IMG/VR virus record: IMGVR_UViG_3300021962_000005
Span: 1-56,093 of that record
Source: a virus
Lineage: Duplodnaviria > Caudoviricetes
Reading direction: 5' to 3' (one strand)
Length of the DNA: 56,093 nucleotides
Positions within the stretch are counted from its first letter, which is position 1. Each line of letters begins with the position of its first letter. The notes beneath the pieces were generated by a model. The model saw only the letters and a program-made list of their open reading frames with translations. It was not told where the DNA came from and searched no databases. Positions 30,006 through 38,621 of the stretch are shown here, in pieces. The position numbers and the translations under genes were made by a program.

Positions 30006-30284
30006 TCACACCGAAGTTATCGTTTCCCTCGCACTGCCGTTATAGACGCACAGTTTACCGAGAGTTGTATCAAACACAAGAGCGCCGCGGCTTACAGACA
30101 GCGCATCTTTCTGCGCGGTTGTTACCGTCGGCGCGGAGCTAATCGTGGCAGCCAAATTGGCAATCTGCTGCGAAGTTATCCGTACCGAATTTCCTGCCTG
30201 AACAGCCTCAAGCTGCTCTTCGCCGTTCAAGCTAATTCCAACGGGCAGGTTGGGTATCTGTATATTACTGGCGTATCTAGGCAT
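30006..30284 (-). CDS. Small structural protein sharing its N-terminal module with the collagen fibre
   Basis: [34 protein letters not shown]; C-terminal TTAQKDAL..GALVFDTT..LCVYNG. Confidence 0.75.
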   Translation of the reverse strand: MPRYASNIQIPNLPVGISLNGEEQLEAVQAGNSVRITSQQIANLAATISSAPTVTTAQKDALSVSRGALVFDTTLGKLCVYNGSARETITSV

Positions 30285-30799
30285 TAGAGCGGACCTGTCT
30301 CTGGAACTTCATCAAACCCATACGGCAAGCCCGGATCGTCGTTGCCGGGGGCATTGGCATCCGTACCCGGCTGCTGATTTGTTCCACCCGGCGCTTCGCC
30401 AGTCTGCTGTGTGACGCGGGTCTTATCGGCTACATCCGTGTCGATTGTCGTTACGCGAGTGTCACCCTGCGGCACAGGAATGCCTGTCTGAGTGTCCTGC
30501 GTATTATACCCGGAAACCTGACGCCGATCTATGCTGTTCCATGCATAGGGCTCCACGCGGGGATTGCGGATCGGCACAGGATCCGCCGGAACAACAATAG
30601 CCCGCAACTGCGGCTGCGGCTCGTCATAACAGCTATTGCAGACAAGAAGTCGCGTATTCTGGATTGTCGCCCCTCGCCAATCAAACTGCCAACGAAGGTC
30701 GACGTGATTGTAGCGAAAAGCGCAGCGGTCACATATCGCATGCGCCTGCGGATTTGTCGCGGATGTTCTAGCTCTGCCGGATTTGGAGGCGTATCCCAT
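30284..30799 (-). CDS. Zn-finger-like hypothetical protein
   Basis: AICDRCAFRY ... LLVCNSCYD.PQPQL. Confidence 0.75.
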   Translation of the reverse strand: MGYASKSGRARTSATNPQAHAICDRCAFRYNHVDLRWQFDWRGATIQNTRLLVCNSCYDEPQPQLRAIVVPADPVPIRNPRVEPYAWNSIDRRQVSGYNTQDTQTGIPVPQGDTRVTTIDTDVADKTRVTQQTGEAPGGTNQQPGTDANAPGNDDPGLPYGFDEVPETGPL

Positions 30800-30808
30800 T
30801 TACCCCTC

Positions 30809-31501
30809 CTATCTGTAATATCCAGAAATCAGCGGAGAGATGTACTGCTGCGCCTGCTCAACGTTCTGGAGTGCCGCGATGTCGTAGCTCTCATCAGCCA
30901 TGGCTTTCAGGCCCGGAAACATCTGCGGAGCCCACTGCTGCGCAAGGCGCGATGCAAGGCCATACGCAAACGCTTCAAGCCACAGGTAAGGTATTTCCAC
31001 CTGCTGCCCGCCGGTCATGTTGGCGTCCTGAAGCTGTCGCACGCGATAATATTCCAGCGTCTGTGGGCCGTTGTCGGTGTTTGGGACAGGCCACAGCGTA
31101 ATCGTCGGAGAGACAAGGCGGTCAAACCAGTAAACCGTCGGGTATCCCTGCTGCTCCTTGTTCGGGTAGCTGGCGTATTCTGTGCGGCTAACCGGCATGA
31201 TGATGCGGTCGATGTTCGCCCCGCTGTCGTCGTTCCGGACATATGCGTCCAAGATCATGACAGTATTTGCGTCGACATTGTAGACCGACTGATCAGTCAC
31301 CAGAGGCGTCGACACAAGATCCACAGCCCACAGGTTTACGCCCTGATTAGCCCAGCGGGCGAGCATCAGGTTGGTGCCCATGCGGGCACTTTCCATATGC
31401 TCCTGCAGAATTGACGTGTTACGCAGCCCGCAAAGGTTAAACGCATACAGCGTCAATTCACCCAGTGATGGGTTGAAAGTGTAGGTGCCGCTTGTAGCCA
31501 T
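30809..31501 (-). CDS. Head-tail connector / tubular protein A-like
   Basis: MATSGTYTF..WANQGVNLW..SRTEYASYPNK..G.PT.YWFDR..LWPVP. Confidence 0.7.
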   Translation of the reverse strand: MATSGTYTFNPSLGELTLYAFNLCGLRNTSILQEHMESARMGTNLMLARWANQGVNLWAVDLVSTPLVTDQSVYNVDANTVMILDAYVRNDDSGANIDRIIMPVSRTEYASYPNKEQQGYPTVYWFDRLVSPTITLWPVPNTDNGPQTLEYYRVRQLQDANMTGGQQVEIPYLWLEAFAYGLASRLAQQWAPQMFPGLKAMADESYDIAALQNVEQAQQYISPLISGYYR

Positions 31502-31512
31502 CAGGTAAACCC

Positions 31513-31839
31513 CTAGATTGGGCCAGCCTGCACAACATTAAGTTCAACTGTGCCCGTCTGTGCTGGAGCCATGTAAATAGATATAGCACGGCAAGGAATA
31601 GCGAGGCCAGCGGACGAATTGGCTGAAACGCCCGAAAGACCCGTGACGCTGAACCAAGTTGCCGATGCGGCGCTGTATCCTTCAGCATCTGGATCATCCA
31701 GAGAATATTGAATGCTGAATGTCGGAGTTCCAGCCGTTATTTTCGCGGCAAGACCAATGTTGAAGGCGGGCTGGAAGTCGTCCACTACGATAATGGCGCT
31801 GCGGCCCGCGTCGGTTAGGCTGATTGTCCTGTACTGCAT
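31513..31839 (-). CDS. Hypothetical structural protein
   Basis: 108-aa beta-rich ORF with GAGG RBS. Confidence 0.65.
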   Translation of the reverse strand: MQYRTISLTDAGRSAIIVVDDFQPAFNIGLAAKITAGTPTFSIQYSLDDPDAEGYSAASATWFSVTGLSGVSANSSAGLAIPCRAISIYMAPAQTGTVELNVVQAGPI

Positions 31840-31844
31840 CTCAT

Positions 31845-32012
31845 CTACCTCTTAGCGCCGGTTCTGGCGGCAGAAACGTTGTCTACAAGATTGGGATATG
31901 GCCTGCCGGCAGCGCGGGCTTTGGCCTTGGCAGACTGAACCTGCTTACGGCTCAAGTTCTTTTCCTTGGCGTCCTTCGGGGCGTCTTTTTCCCAAAAAGG
32001 TTTGTCGGCCAT
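31845..32012 (-). CDS. Small basic protein (55 aa)
   Basis: MADKPFWEKD...AKAKARAAGRPYPNLVDN; fills the gap; not in the ORF track. Confidence 0.65.
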   Translation of the reverse strand: MADKPFWEKDAPKDAKEKNLSRKQVQSAKAKARAAGRPYPNLVDNVSAARTGAKR

Positions 32013-32013
32013 G

Positions 32014-32253
32014 TCAGCAATCCCACTTCCTGAGCGACTTGTTGATCCGGCTATTCGGATCTGCGGCTTTTGCAGAACCAGTCAGCTTTCGTTTCATGCC
32101 AGTCATTCTAGCACAGAAGCTGTCCTTGCGCGAGCCGCCTTCCGGCTGCGGACGCTTAATGTCGTGACCCTGCGCCTTCAACGAGGCGCGGCCCTTTTCG
32201 TTCAACCCACCTTCGGGGTTCTTGCCTTCTTTCCTAGTCCACGCGCCGGGCAT
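32014..32253 (-). CDS. DUF6321-like basic protein
   Basis: AWTRKEGKNPEGGLNEKGR..RKDSFCARM..SRINKSLRKWDC. Confidence 0.75.
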   Translation of the reverse strand: MPGAWTRKEGKNPEGGLNEKGRASLKAQGHDIKRPQPEGGSRKDSFCARMTGMKRKLTGSAKAADPNSRINKSLRKWDC

Positions 32254-32327
32254 GTTACTCTCCAAAGAAAAGACGGGGGGCACAAAGACCCCCCGTTACA
32301 TTACTGACCAGTGGGAGGGGAGCGAGA

Positions 32328-32555
32328 TCAGTAATGACTTGCGCTGCCACGCGGAGAACCGCCATGAGCAGAAGAAAAAACACCGCCGCCAGACTTGCGG
32401 GGCTTACGACCAGCGTGAGCTGCAGACATTACGCCTTCAGCCTTCATGCCGACCTTGCCGCCCTTCTTGAAGCCGTCTTTGGTGCTCATAGCAGTGTCCA
32501 TGACGACCTTCTTGCCGACCTTGGAACGCTCGGGGGAAATACGCTTACCTTTCAT
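32328..32555 (-). CDS. Small basic protein with KKGG/KSGG motifs
   Basis: 75 aa; AGGAGG RBS; GFKKGGKV, RKSGGG. Confidence 0.75.
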   Translation of the reverse strand: MKGKRISPERSKVGKKVVMDTAMSTKDGFKKGGKVGMKAEGVMSAAHAGRKPRKSGGGVFSSAHGGSPRGSASHY

Positions 32556-32576
32556 GGGAACCTCCTATTGGTCCGA

Positions 32577-33029
32577 TTAGATGTTGCCGATAGCCTGAAT
32601 ATACTGAACCGTCAGCCATCCGACACCCGCGCCAGTGTTGGTCGAAGTAACGGTGACCTTCACGTCAGTGTCGCCGACATCCACCCAGTTGCCTGCGCGA
32701 GTTGCGTCAGCGCCGGGAGCAGCAGCAACAATGCCAATTGTTCCGCCATCAACAGCAGCCGCAGCAGTAAACTTTGTGGCGGAAGCCGTAGTACCAACGC
32801 CCAAGGTGCTGGCAACGCCATCCCATGCGGTGAAAACATTCAGATCAATGGAGAGAATCTGACTGGCCGCCGGGACCACAATGGTGGTGGCAGAGCTGGC
32901 CTGTGACACAGCAGAAGTCTGCGCCATGACAACATAGCCGACGTTGGCAACGTCCGTACCAACAGTAGAGCCGGAAGTATTGAGGATGTCACCAGCCTTG
33001 ATGGGACCAGTGAAAGTAGTCGTTCCCAT
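32577..33029 (-). CDS. Putative capsid decoration/cement protein
   Basis: MGTTTFTGPIKAG start with GGAGG RBS; directly after the capsid gene. Confidence 0.7.
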   Translation of the reverse strand: MGTTTFTGPIKAGDILNTSGSTVGTDVANVGYVVMAQTSAVSQASSATTIVVPAASQILSIDLNVFTAWDGVASTLGVGTTASATKFTAAAAVDGGTIGIVAAAPGADATRAGNWVDVGDTDVKVTVTSTNTGAGVGWLTVQYIQAIGNI

Positions 33030-33039
33030 AGGAACCTCC

Positions 33040-33106
33040 TGCACGATACGATCACACAGTCTGTGCAGCGTCCGCTAGGCCGGTCTGCGTGATCTATGAC
33101 ACCTAG
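33040..33106 (-). ncRNA. Double-pseudoknot RNA, Mu-gpT-DE-like
   Basis: On the minus strand: 10-bp stem GAUCACGCAG/CUGUGUGAUC, with loop CCUAG pairing upstream CUAGG and loop UGCAC pairing downstream GUGCA; directly 3' of a gpT-like gene. Confidence 0.7.
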
Positions 33107-33107
33107 A

Positions 33108-33137
33108 ATAAAGAGGCGGGACCGAAGCCCCGCCCCG
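33108..33137 (-). terminator. Hairpin/weak terminator after the major capsid gene
   Basis: GGGGCGGGG-CTTCGG-TCCCGCCTC followed by TTTATT. Confidence 0.6.
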
Positions 33138-33145
33138 TTGACCGA

Positions 33146-34051
33146 TTAGGTCGGGATCGCGCCGTAGATGGCACGCCAGTTGTAGTAGCCGAACGAGTAA
33201 CGCTCGTAGCCCTTCACTAGCAAATTGTCTGTAGTGAAGTCGACTTGCATGTCTGTTTCAAACTTGATGCGCTCCATGTAGGAGAGACCATCAATGTTCG
33301 TCAGCAGGAACCATGCGCGAGCGTTGGTCAGATAGTCGTTGACCATATAACCTTCCGGCAGGCCACCCGCAGTCGACATGATCGCGTTGACGTCGTTGTC
33401 GGCAGTACCCGGACGCAACTCAGTCTTCGTCAGGCGGATTGCAACCGGCTCAAGAGCCGGCGGAACAACCAGACGACGACCACGAGCGAACACCTTCAGG
33501 CCGGCCTGATCGCGGAAGTTAGTACGAATGGCAATCATGCCGTTCAGCAGCGTAGCTTCGTTCAGGTCGTTGGTGGTGTAGTTCGACACCGAACCACCAT
33601 CAATCGGGTGATCTGCAGCAACCAGAGCCTTGCCGTCACCGCCGATAGACGCATTGTACGTCGTGGAGGTGTTCAGCACGTTTGAGCCGTAGATTTCCTT
33701 GGTCTGCTGGAAGGACTCCATCAGGCCGAGGTTCGACGGAGCGAACTGGCTCTTGTACAGGTTGTCGTCAATGGCCTTGCGAGTGATCGCGTAGCCCAGA
33801 CCGATCTCGACGTGCTCCTGATTGTAGATGAAACGCTCGCCAGCGCCGTTATCAAACGACGTCTGACCGCCTTCAGTCTTCAACTGAGCGTAGCCAAGGA
33901 AGCGCATTTCAGCGGTGCGTTCCAGAGCCATCTTCGAGTCGTGCTTCGTGAAGATCTTGTCGTACTGCGACGGGATCTGCTCGTACTTGCCTTCAATGCC
34001 ACGGAGACCGGGCAGGAGAAGGTCTTTAATGGAACTGAGATTTACAGCCAT
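33146..34051 (-). CDS. Major capsid protein (Mu gpT-like, HK97 fold)
   Basis: KDLLLPGL, GDGKAL...HP, LVVPPAL, YLT..AWFLLT, ERYSFGYYNWRAIYG. Confidence 0.9.
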   Translation of the reverse strand: MAVNLSSIKDLLLPGLRGIEGKYEQIPSQYDKIFTKHDSKMALERTAEMRFLGYAQLKTEGGQTSFDNGAGERFIYNQEHVEIGLGYAITRKAIDDNLYKSQFAPSNLGLMESFQQTKEIYGSNVLNTSTTYNASIGGDGKALVAADHPIDGGSVSNYTTNDLNEATLLNGMIAIRTNFRDQAGLKVFARGRRLVVPPALEPVAIRLTKTELRPGTADNDVNAIMSTAGGLPEGYMVNDYLTNARAWFLLTNIDGLSYMERIKFETDMQVDFTTDNLLVKGYERYSFGYYNWRAIYGAIPT

Positions 34052-34066
34052 TGGTCCTTACTCCTT

Positions 34067-34648
34067 TTAGCCGACACTAAGCAGTTGCTTAGTAGAGACG
34101 TTGTTGAAGGCTACAACAACACGATTGTACGCGCCTGCCTCGGTCCCCGGAGCACCCGGAGGGGCCGTGACGAGATCGACGATACGGAAAGGCAGCGTGT
34201 TGGTCGTGGCTTTGGTGCTCATGTCGATATAAGCGCCAGAGAGGCCGTTAGCCGTCGTGCCAATGCCGATTGCAAAACCAACGTTGCTGTTGATGTCGCC
34301 AAAGGCAGCGCCGGTTGCGTCGGTCTGGACAACGAACTTGGCGTTCGGATCGTTTACGACGTAAGCGGTGACGTCCGCAGAGGCGTCGGCACCGGGCCAG
34401 TAGTTGGACCATACGGTGCGCTTCTGAGCGACAGAAAGATACTTACAACCGACAAAAATTCCTGCAACCTGCACAGAGTTCGACGCCGCCTGTGCGATGT
34501 AACCGGTATTCAGCGGAACGACGGGGTCACCGCTGAACACAGCGTTCGTGTCGTCCTTGTCAATGACCATCGACACCTGCTCGAAAGTGGGAGCAGAGCC
34601 GGTGCCACTGGCTTGGCTAAAACCGAAGGGCGTATTGCTATTCGCCAT
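34067..34648 (-). CDS. Head decoration / minor capsid protein
   Basis: MANSNTPFGF..FSGDPV..GIFVGCKY..VVNDPNAKFVVQ; directly upstream of MCP. Confidence 0.75.
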   Translation of the reverse strand: MANSNTPFGFSQASGTGSAPTFEQVSMVIDKDDTNAVFSGDPVVPLNTGYIAQAASNSVQVAGIFVGCKYLSVAQKRTVWSNYWPGADASADVTAYVVNDPNAKFVVQTDATGAAFGDINSNVGFAIGIGTTANGLSGAYIDMSTKATTNTLPFRIVDLVTAPPGAPGTEAGAYNRVVVAFNNVSTKQLLSVG

Positions 34649-34788
34649 TACGGTATCTCCTATTGAAGGATTGCCTCGATCATCGCGCACCGGGGCGACT
34701 AGCGGCTATTTTCAAGATTAACTCTCCACACCGGGGGAGAGCGGGTCATAGACCTTGTTAACAAGATATTGGTTAATAATGTAAAAGT

Positions 34789-34817
34789 AAAGGGCCGCGT
34801 ATTTGCGGCCCTTTTTT
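34789..34817. terminator. Bidirectional terminator-like hairpin
   Basis: AAAGGGCCGC-GTATTT-GCGGCCCTTTTTT. Confidence 0.7.
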
Positions 34818-34834
34818 GTTGTAATTCCAAAGAT

Positions 34835-35404
34835 TTACAGGTCTTCTGGAATTGGCATGTCAAAGCTCTTTTTGATTTTCGGAGCAACACGCGGATCATC
34901 TCGCGACAATGTGCCTTCCGGCGTCCCTGCGAGCTGGGCCTCTTTGACCCGTACCTGCTGGCGTGCGCGGCGCAATTCAATGGACCTGATCTCTTCGGAA
35001 ATCTCCGTTGGACGCTCCATCAGCACCATACCCTTGCGCTCGATAGTGTTGCCGGCCCAGCCCTTTGGCATCATCGCCATGTGATCCCTGTCGCGGTCGA
35101 GCGGCACTGCCTCCCAGCCTTCGCGTGCAAGCTGCGTGATGTAGGCAGGATCCTCTTCGTTCCACACCTTGTGGCGCTTCCACTCGTAGGTCCAACCATC
35201 CGGCACCAGACTGGCGGGGACATAAAACTCGTCAGTCCCCTCGTCCAGATCACCCAGATGCTGCTTTAGTTCTGCGGCACGGGCCGCTGCGCGGGCGCGG
35301 GGGTCCATGTCCTTTGCCGCCGGACGAGCCGGTTCTTCACGCTCTACTACGGGTGCTGATGCCGCCCGCTGCTCTTCGATTGCTTTTTGAAACTTGCTAA
35401 CCAT
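34835..35404 (-). CDS. Conserved head-module hypothetical protein
   Basis: PDGWTYEWKR..REGWEAVP..GMVLMERP. Confidence 0.75.
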   Translation of the reverse strand: MVSKFQKAIEEQRAASAPVVEREEPARPAAKDMDPRARAAARAAELKQHLGDLDEGTDEFYVPASLVPDGWTYEWKRHKVWNEEDPAYITQLAREGWEAVPLDRDRDHMAMMPKGWAGNTIERKGMVLMERPTEISEEIRSIELRRARQQVRVKEAQLAGTPEGTLSRDDPRVAPKIKKSFDMPIPEDL

Positions 35405-35414
35405 AACCCTCTCC

Positions 35415-36344
35415 TCAGTTCAGGCGACCTTCTTTGCGAAGCAACATTTTGTTCTTCGCGTACTCTTGTTCTGTCATGCCAAGGTCTCTGGCCGTCTCGG
35501 CCTCCTCCCGGCTCAGACGCACGACATTGGGCCGAGACCCGCCGCCACTACCAGACCTGCTGACAGGCGCTGCAGGGGGCGCAGAACGCCTCTGCGTGGG
35601 CTTTGCTGCCGCCGACATTGGCTCGTCATCGTCTTCTTGGACAGTAATCCGCTTGCCGAGACCCATTGTGTCTTCGATCTTGTGGAAATAGTCGTCCGTG
35701 TCGGGCGAATAGCCGTCGGCGACCGCCAGATTGTGTGCGGCGACCATTTTCTGAAAGAGACGCGGGTCTTCGGCACACTGCGGGTTCTTACGCACCCATT
35801 CGGCGCTTCGCGGCGACAACTGCGACGCGAGACTTTCGACCGGATCCATGGGCGGCTCATACTGCTGCCGAGGAGCGTTTTCCATAGCCTGCCGTCCGCG
35901 TTCCAGCTCCATAAGTCGGTTTGCATTGACAGACATGCCCTCCTGTATCTCAGCAGCCTTCTCGTAGTCGCCAACAGCCATCGCTTCACTGTAGCCGTGT
36001 CGCAGGATTTCGCTGTTTCGCTTTACAGTCTCAATCGCATTGACAACCAAGTGGTAGTTGGTGTCCTGCGTTTCGTTTGCTGCGTTTACAGCGTACTGCT
36101 GGGCGATTCTGGCCTGCTTTTCCGCCTCAAATCGAGCCTGACGCTCGGCCTCAAGGCGGCTTTTAAGCTCCTGAATGCCGTCTTCAGGGGCAATTATGTC
36201 GCTTTCGTCGTCATCTTTAACGACTTCAACGTCATCCTTGCTTGACCGTGCTACTTTTTCGTCCTTTTCGTCGGCGACAACCTCCAACGGAGCGTTTTTT
36301 TCGTCGTCCAACGGCACGTCGACGTGTTCATCTTTATTAGCCAT
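35415..36344 (-). CDS. Capsid scaffolding protein
   Basis: Acidic N-terminus, coiled coil, C-terminal VRLSREEAETARDLGMTEQEYAKNK. Confidence 0.75.
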   Translation of the reverse strand: MANKDEHVDVPLDDEKNAPLEVVADEKDEKVARSSKDDVEVVKDDDESDIIAPEDGIQELKSRLEAERQARFEAEKQARIAQQYAVNAANETQDTNYHLVVNAIETVKRNSEILRHGYSEAMAVGDYEKAAEIQEGMSVNANRLMELERGRQAMENAPRQQYEPPMDPVESLASQLSPRSAEWVRKNPQCAEDPRLFQKMVAAHNLAVADGYSPDTDDYFHKIEDTMGLGKRITVQEDDDEPMSAAAKPTQRRSAPPAAPVSRSGSGGGSRPNVVRLSREEAETARDLGMTEQEYAKNKMLLRKEGRLN

Positions 36345-36355
36345 CTGTTTCTCCC

Positions 36356-36739
36356 TCACCAAACCTGATCCGGGTGCGCAATGCGACCGCGGAACGAAAT
36401 ATCGTCCAAAATTCGGCACAAAACCCCATTGATGGTGATGTTCCAGCCGTCAGACGGGCGGAAAAACAGCCAATCGCCGACGTTTATCTCTTTCCCGTCA
36501 AACCATTTACCGTCACTCTCTTCAAAGGCGCTGTGCCCCTTGGCCAAAACAAGGCCGACCTTCGACTGAAAGCGGTCTTCCTTGGTATCGAGCAGGATGC
36601 CGCCGCGTGTTTTCTCTGGGCGGATGTAGACGCCAACCAAAACCTGCGTGTTGAACATCTCGATTTTGCTTATGTCGCCGATTTCCCTGCGCAAGGCGTC
36701 GGCGGGATCGGCTTCATGAAGCATTGCTATCTTCGACAT
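36356..36739 (-). CDS. groES: GroES/Cpn10-like co-chaperonin
   Basis: PEKTRGGILL mobile loop; VGLVLAKG; VGDWLFF; RILDD. Confidence 0.8.
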   Translation of the reverse strand: MSKIAMLHEADPADALRREIGDISKIEMFNTQVLVGVYIRPEKTRGGILLDTKEDRFQSKVGLVLAKGHSAFEESDGKWFDGKEINVGDWLFFRPSDGWNITINGVLCRILDDISFRGRIAHPDQVW

Positions 36740-36751
36740 ACTCGTCCTCTC

Positions 36752-36964
36752 TTATCCGGTACGCTCTTTCTGCTCACACACACGGTTCGCCTCGTCGCAC
36801 AACTCCAGAGCGAGCCTGAGACCCGCTACAACCCCAACTTGGTTGCGATATGCAGCGAAATCAACAGTACCGTTGCCGAGCGCAAGATTTTCCTTGCGGG
36901 CTTCAACGGCCTCTTGGATGAGCTTTTTAAGCTCATGCTCAAAAAAGGACTGGTATGTAAACAA
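36752..36964 (-). CDS. Small hypothetical protein upstream of GroES
   Basis: TTG start with GAGGGG RBS; LALG..DFAAYRNQVGVVAGL. Confidence 0.65.
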   Translation of the reverse strand: MFTYQSFFEHELKKLIQEAVEARKENLALGNGTVDFAAYRNQVGVVAGLRLALELCDEANRVCEQKERTG

Positions 36965-37079
36965 AGAGAGCCCCCTCTTTACGCCCCCTCGGTAGAGTGA
37001 GACGGCCAGCGCGAGAGGGCGAACGCCGACCGTCTCTTGTCTGCCGGAGAGCCATGTCCTATCTCTCCGGGCAAACGCC

Positions 37080-38576
37080 TTACCGCTTTGCCTTCTGCAG
37101 TGCGGTCTTCTGTAGACGTCCTTCACCCGAACCAGCGCCCGCAGTCAAATCAGCGGCGGACTTAACCACAGTCCGGCCACCGCGCTTGCGGCCCATTGCA
37201 GCCATGAGGCCCGGGGGAAGAGCACCAGCGCCCGGAAGCGGAGGTGGCGGAGCACCAGCGCCCGGAGGTATGCCCATGCCCGGCGGAAGGCCAGCACCAG
37301 CGCCCGGAGGAGGCATTACTGGCGACGGCTGACCGCCCGGCTCGCCCGGAGGCGGCTGCATGTCCGCGCCCCGCGGCGGTGCGGTGTTGATGATGACGTT
37401 GACGTTGGTCTTACCCTTCTTGGTACGGCCACCGGACTTCCGCATCATTGCGCCGGGGTTCTGCATGCCGCGGAGCGGGCCTGCGGGATTCTGCAGGGCA
37501 CGCATGATCGCCGCAACGTCCTGCTGGCCATTCATAGACGGCGTGGCCGGCATTGCGCCACCCATGCCGAGGCCGCCACCATAGAACTTGCCGGGGCGCT
37601 CTGCCTTGCCGCCCTTCTTCAAGCCCTTCATGCTCTCCTGCTTGTCATGCTTCTTGTCCATGTCGGATGCTTCCCAATCCTTCATCGACATCTTGTGCTT
37701 CTTGGCGAGCTTCTTGTCCTGCGCCTCGTCCTTTTTGGAGCCTTCAAACTTCTCGGCCTTGCCGCCTTTTTTGTATGGACTGCCCGAAGAGCCAACGCCA
37801 AAGTTCATCATCTTGTCAGACACCATGCCAAGACGCGGATCCATAACCAGCTGGCCCATCGGTCCGCCGTTCATCTTCTTTCTGCGTCCACCCTTTTTCA
37901 TGCCGGTCTGGGCGCTCTCCAACTCCTGCCGGTATTCTTTGGATGTCATCTCATTAAGAAGATCGGGACCGACAGTGCGAGACTGCGACGGCGTCACACT
38001 CTCGCTGCGGCGCACTGTGGTTTTTGGAGCTGCGGCAGCAGCGGCTGCGGCTGCGGCTTTATCTATAGCGTCGCGTTCTTTTGCGGTATAACGGATACCA
38101 GCATCGCCAGTGAATGTGCTCTTTGGCCCTGTTCCCAACTTGGCATCAATTCGTTCCCGAGCCGTCATGGGCGGAACGGCGCTCCCGCCATCTTCCTTCT
38201 TTGCGCGGCCACCCTTCTTCATGCCGCCGACGTGCTTGACGCCTTCGCGCTCTTCGTTAGCTTTCTTCTTATTGCTGTTAGCAGTAGCGATGGCGAAGTC
38301 CTTGGCCTCTTTCTTCTCCTCATTGACGAGGCGGCCGCCAGCCTTGCGAGCCTTGCGGCCAGCGTGCTTGACGCCTTCCGCACCCTTGGCCTTCAGGCCG
38401 GACTTCTTGACAGCCGGATCCTTCGACAGGGGCCGCATGCCGGCCTTCACGCCAGCGTTCAGCGGGCTGGCGGGGGACCAGTTCTGGCTGCCGGGGTTTT
38501 CGTCGCCGCCACCGGCCATGCGCCGGGCTTTGGACTTGAGGGCCTCTCGGGCCTTCTTTGCAATATCATAATACAT
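37080..38576 (-). CDS. Lys/Gly-rich putative internal head protein with about 11 xxGG motifs
   Basis: 498 aa; MKKGG, YKKGG, LKKGG, RKSGG, RKRGG; Pro-rich tail; AGGAG RBS. Confidence 0.75.
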   Translation of the reverse strand: MYYDIAKKAREALKSKARRMAGGGDENPGSQNWSPASPLNAGVKAGMRPLSKDPAVKKSGLKAKGAEGVKHAGRKARKAGGRLVNEEKKEAKDFAIATANSNKKKANEEREGVKHVGGMKKGGRAKKEDGGSAVPPMTARERIDAKLGTGPKSTFTGDAGIRYTAKERDAIDKAAAAAAAAAAPKTTVRRSESVTPSQSRTVGPDLLNEMTSKEYRQELESAQTGMKKGGRRKKMNGGPMGQLVMDPRLGMVSDKMMNFGVGSSGSPYKKGGKAEKFEGSKKDEAQDKKLAKKHKMSMKDWEASDMDKKHDKQESMKGLKKGGKAERPGKFYGGGLGMGGAMPATPSMNGQQDVAAIMRALQNPAGPLRGMQNPGAMMRKSGGRTKKGKTNVNVIINTAPPRGADMQPPPGEPGGQPSPVMPPPGAGAGLPPGMGIPPGAGAPPPPLPGAGALPPGLMAAMGRKRGGRTVVKSAADLTAGAGSGEGRLQKTALQKAKR

Positions 38577-38621
38577 CGCGTGTTTCTCCTTGGAGTGTTG
38601 CCGGGCGTCCCCGGTCGCTGC

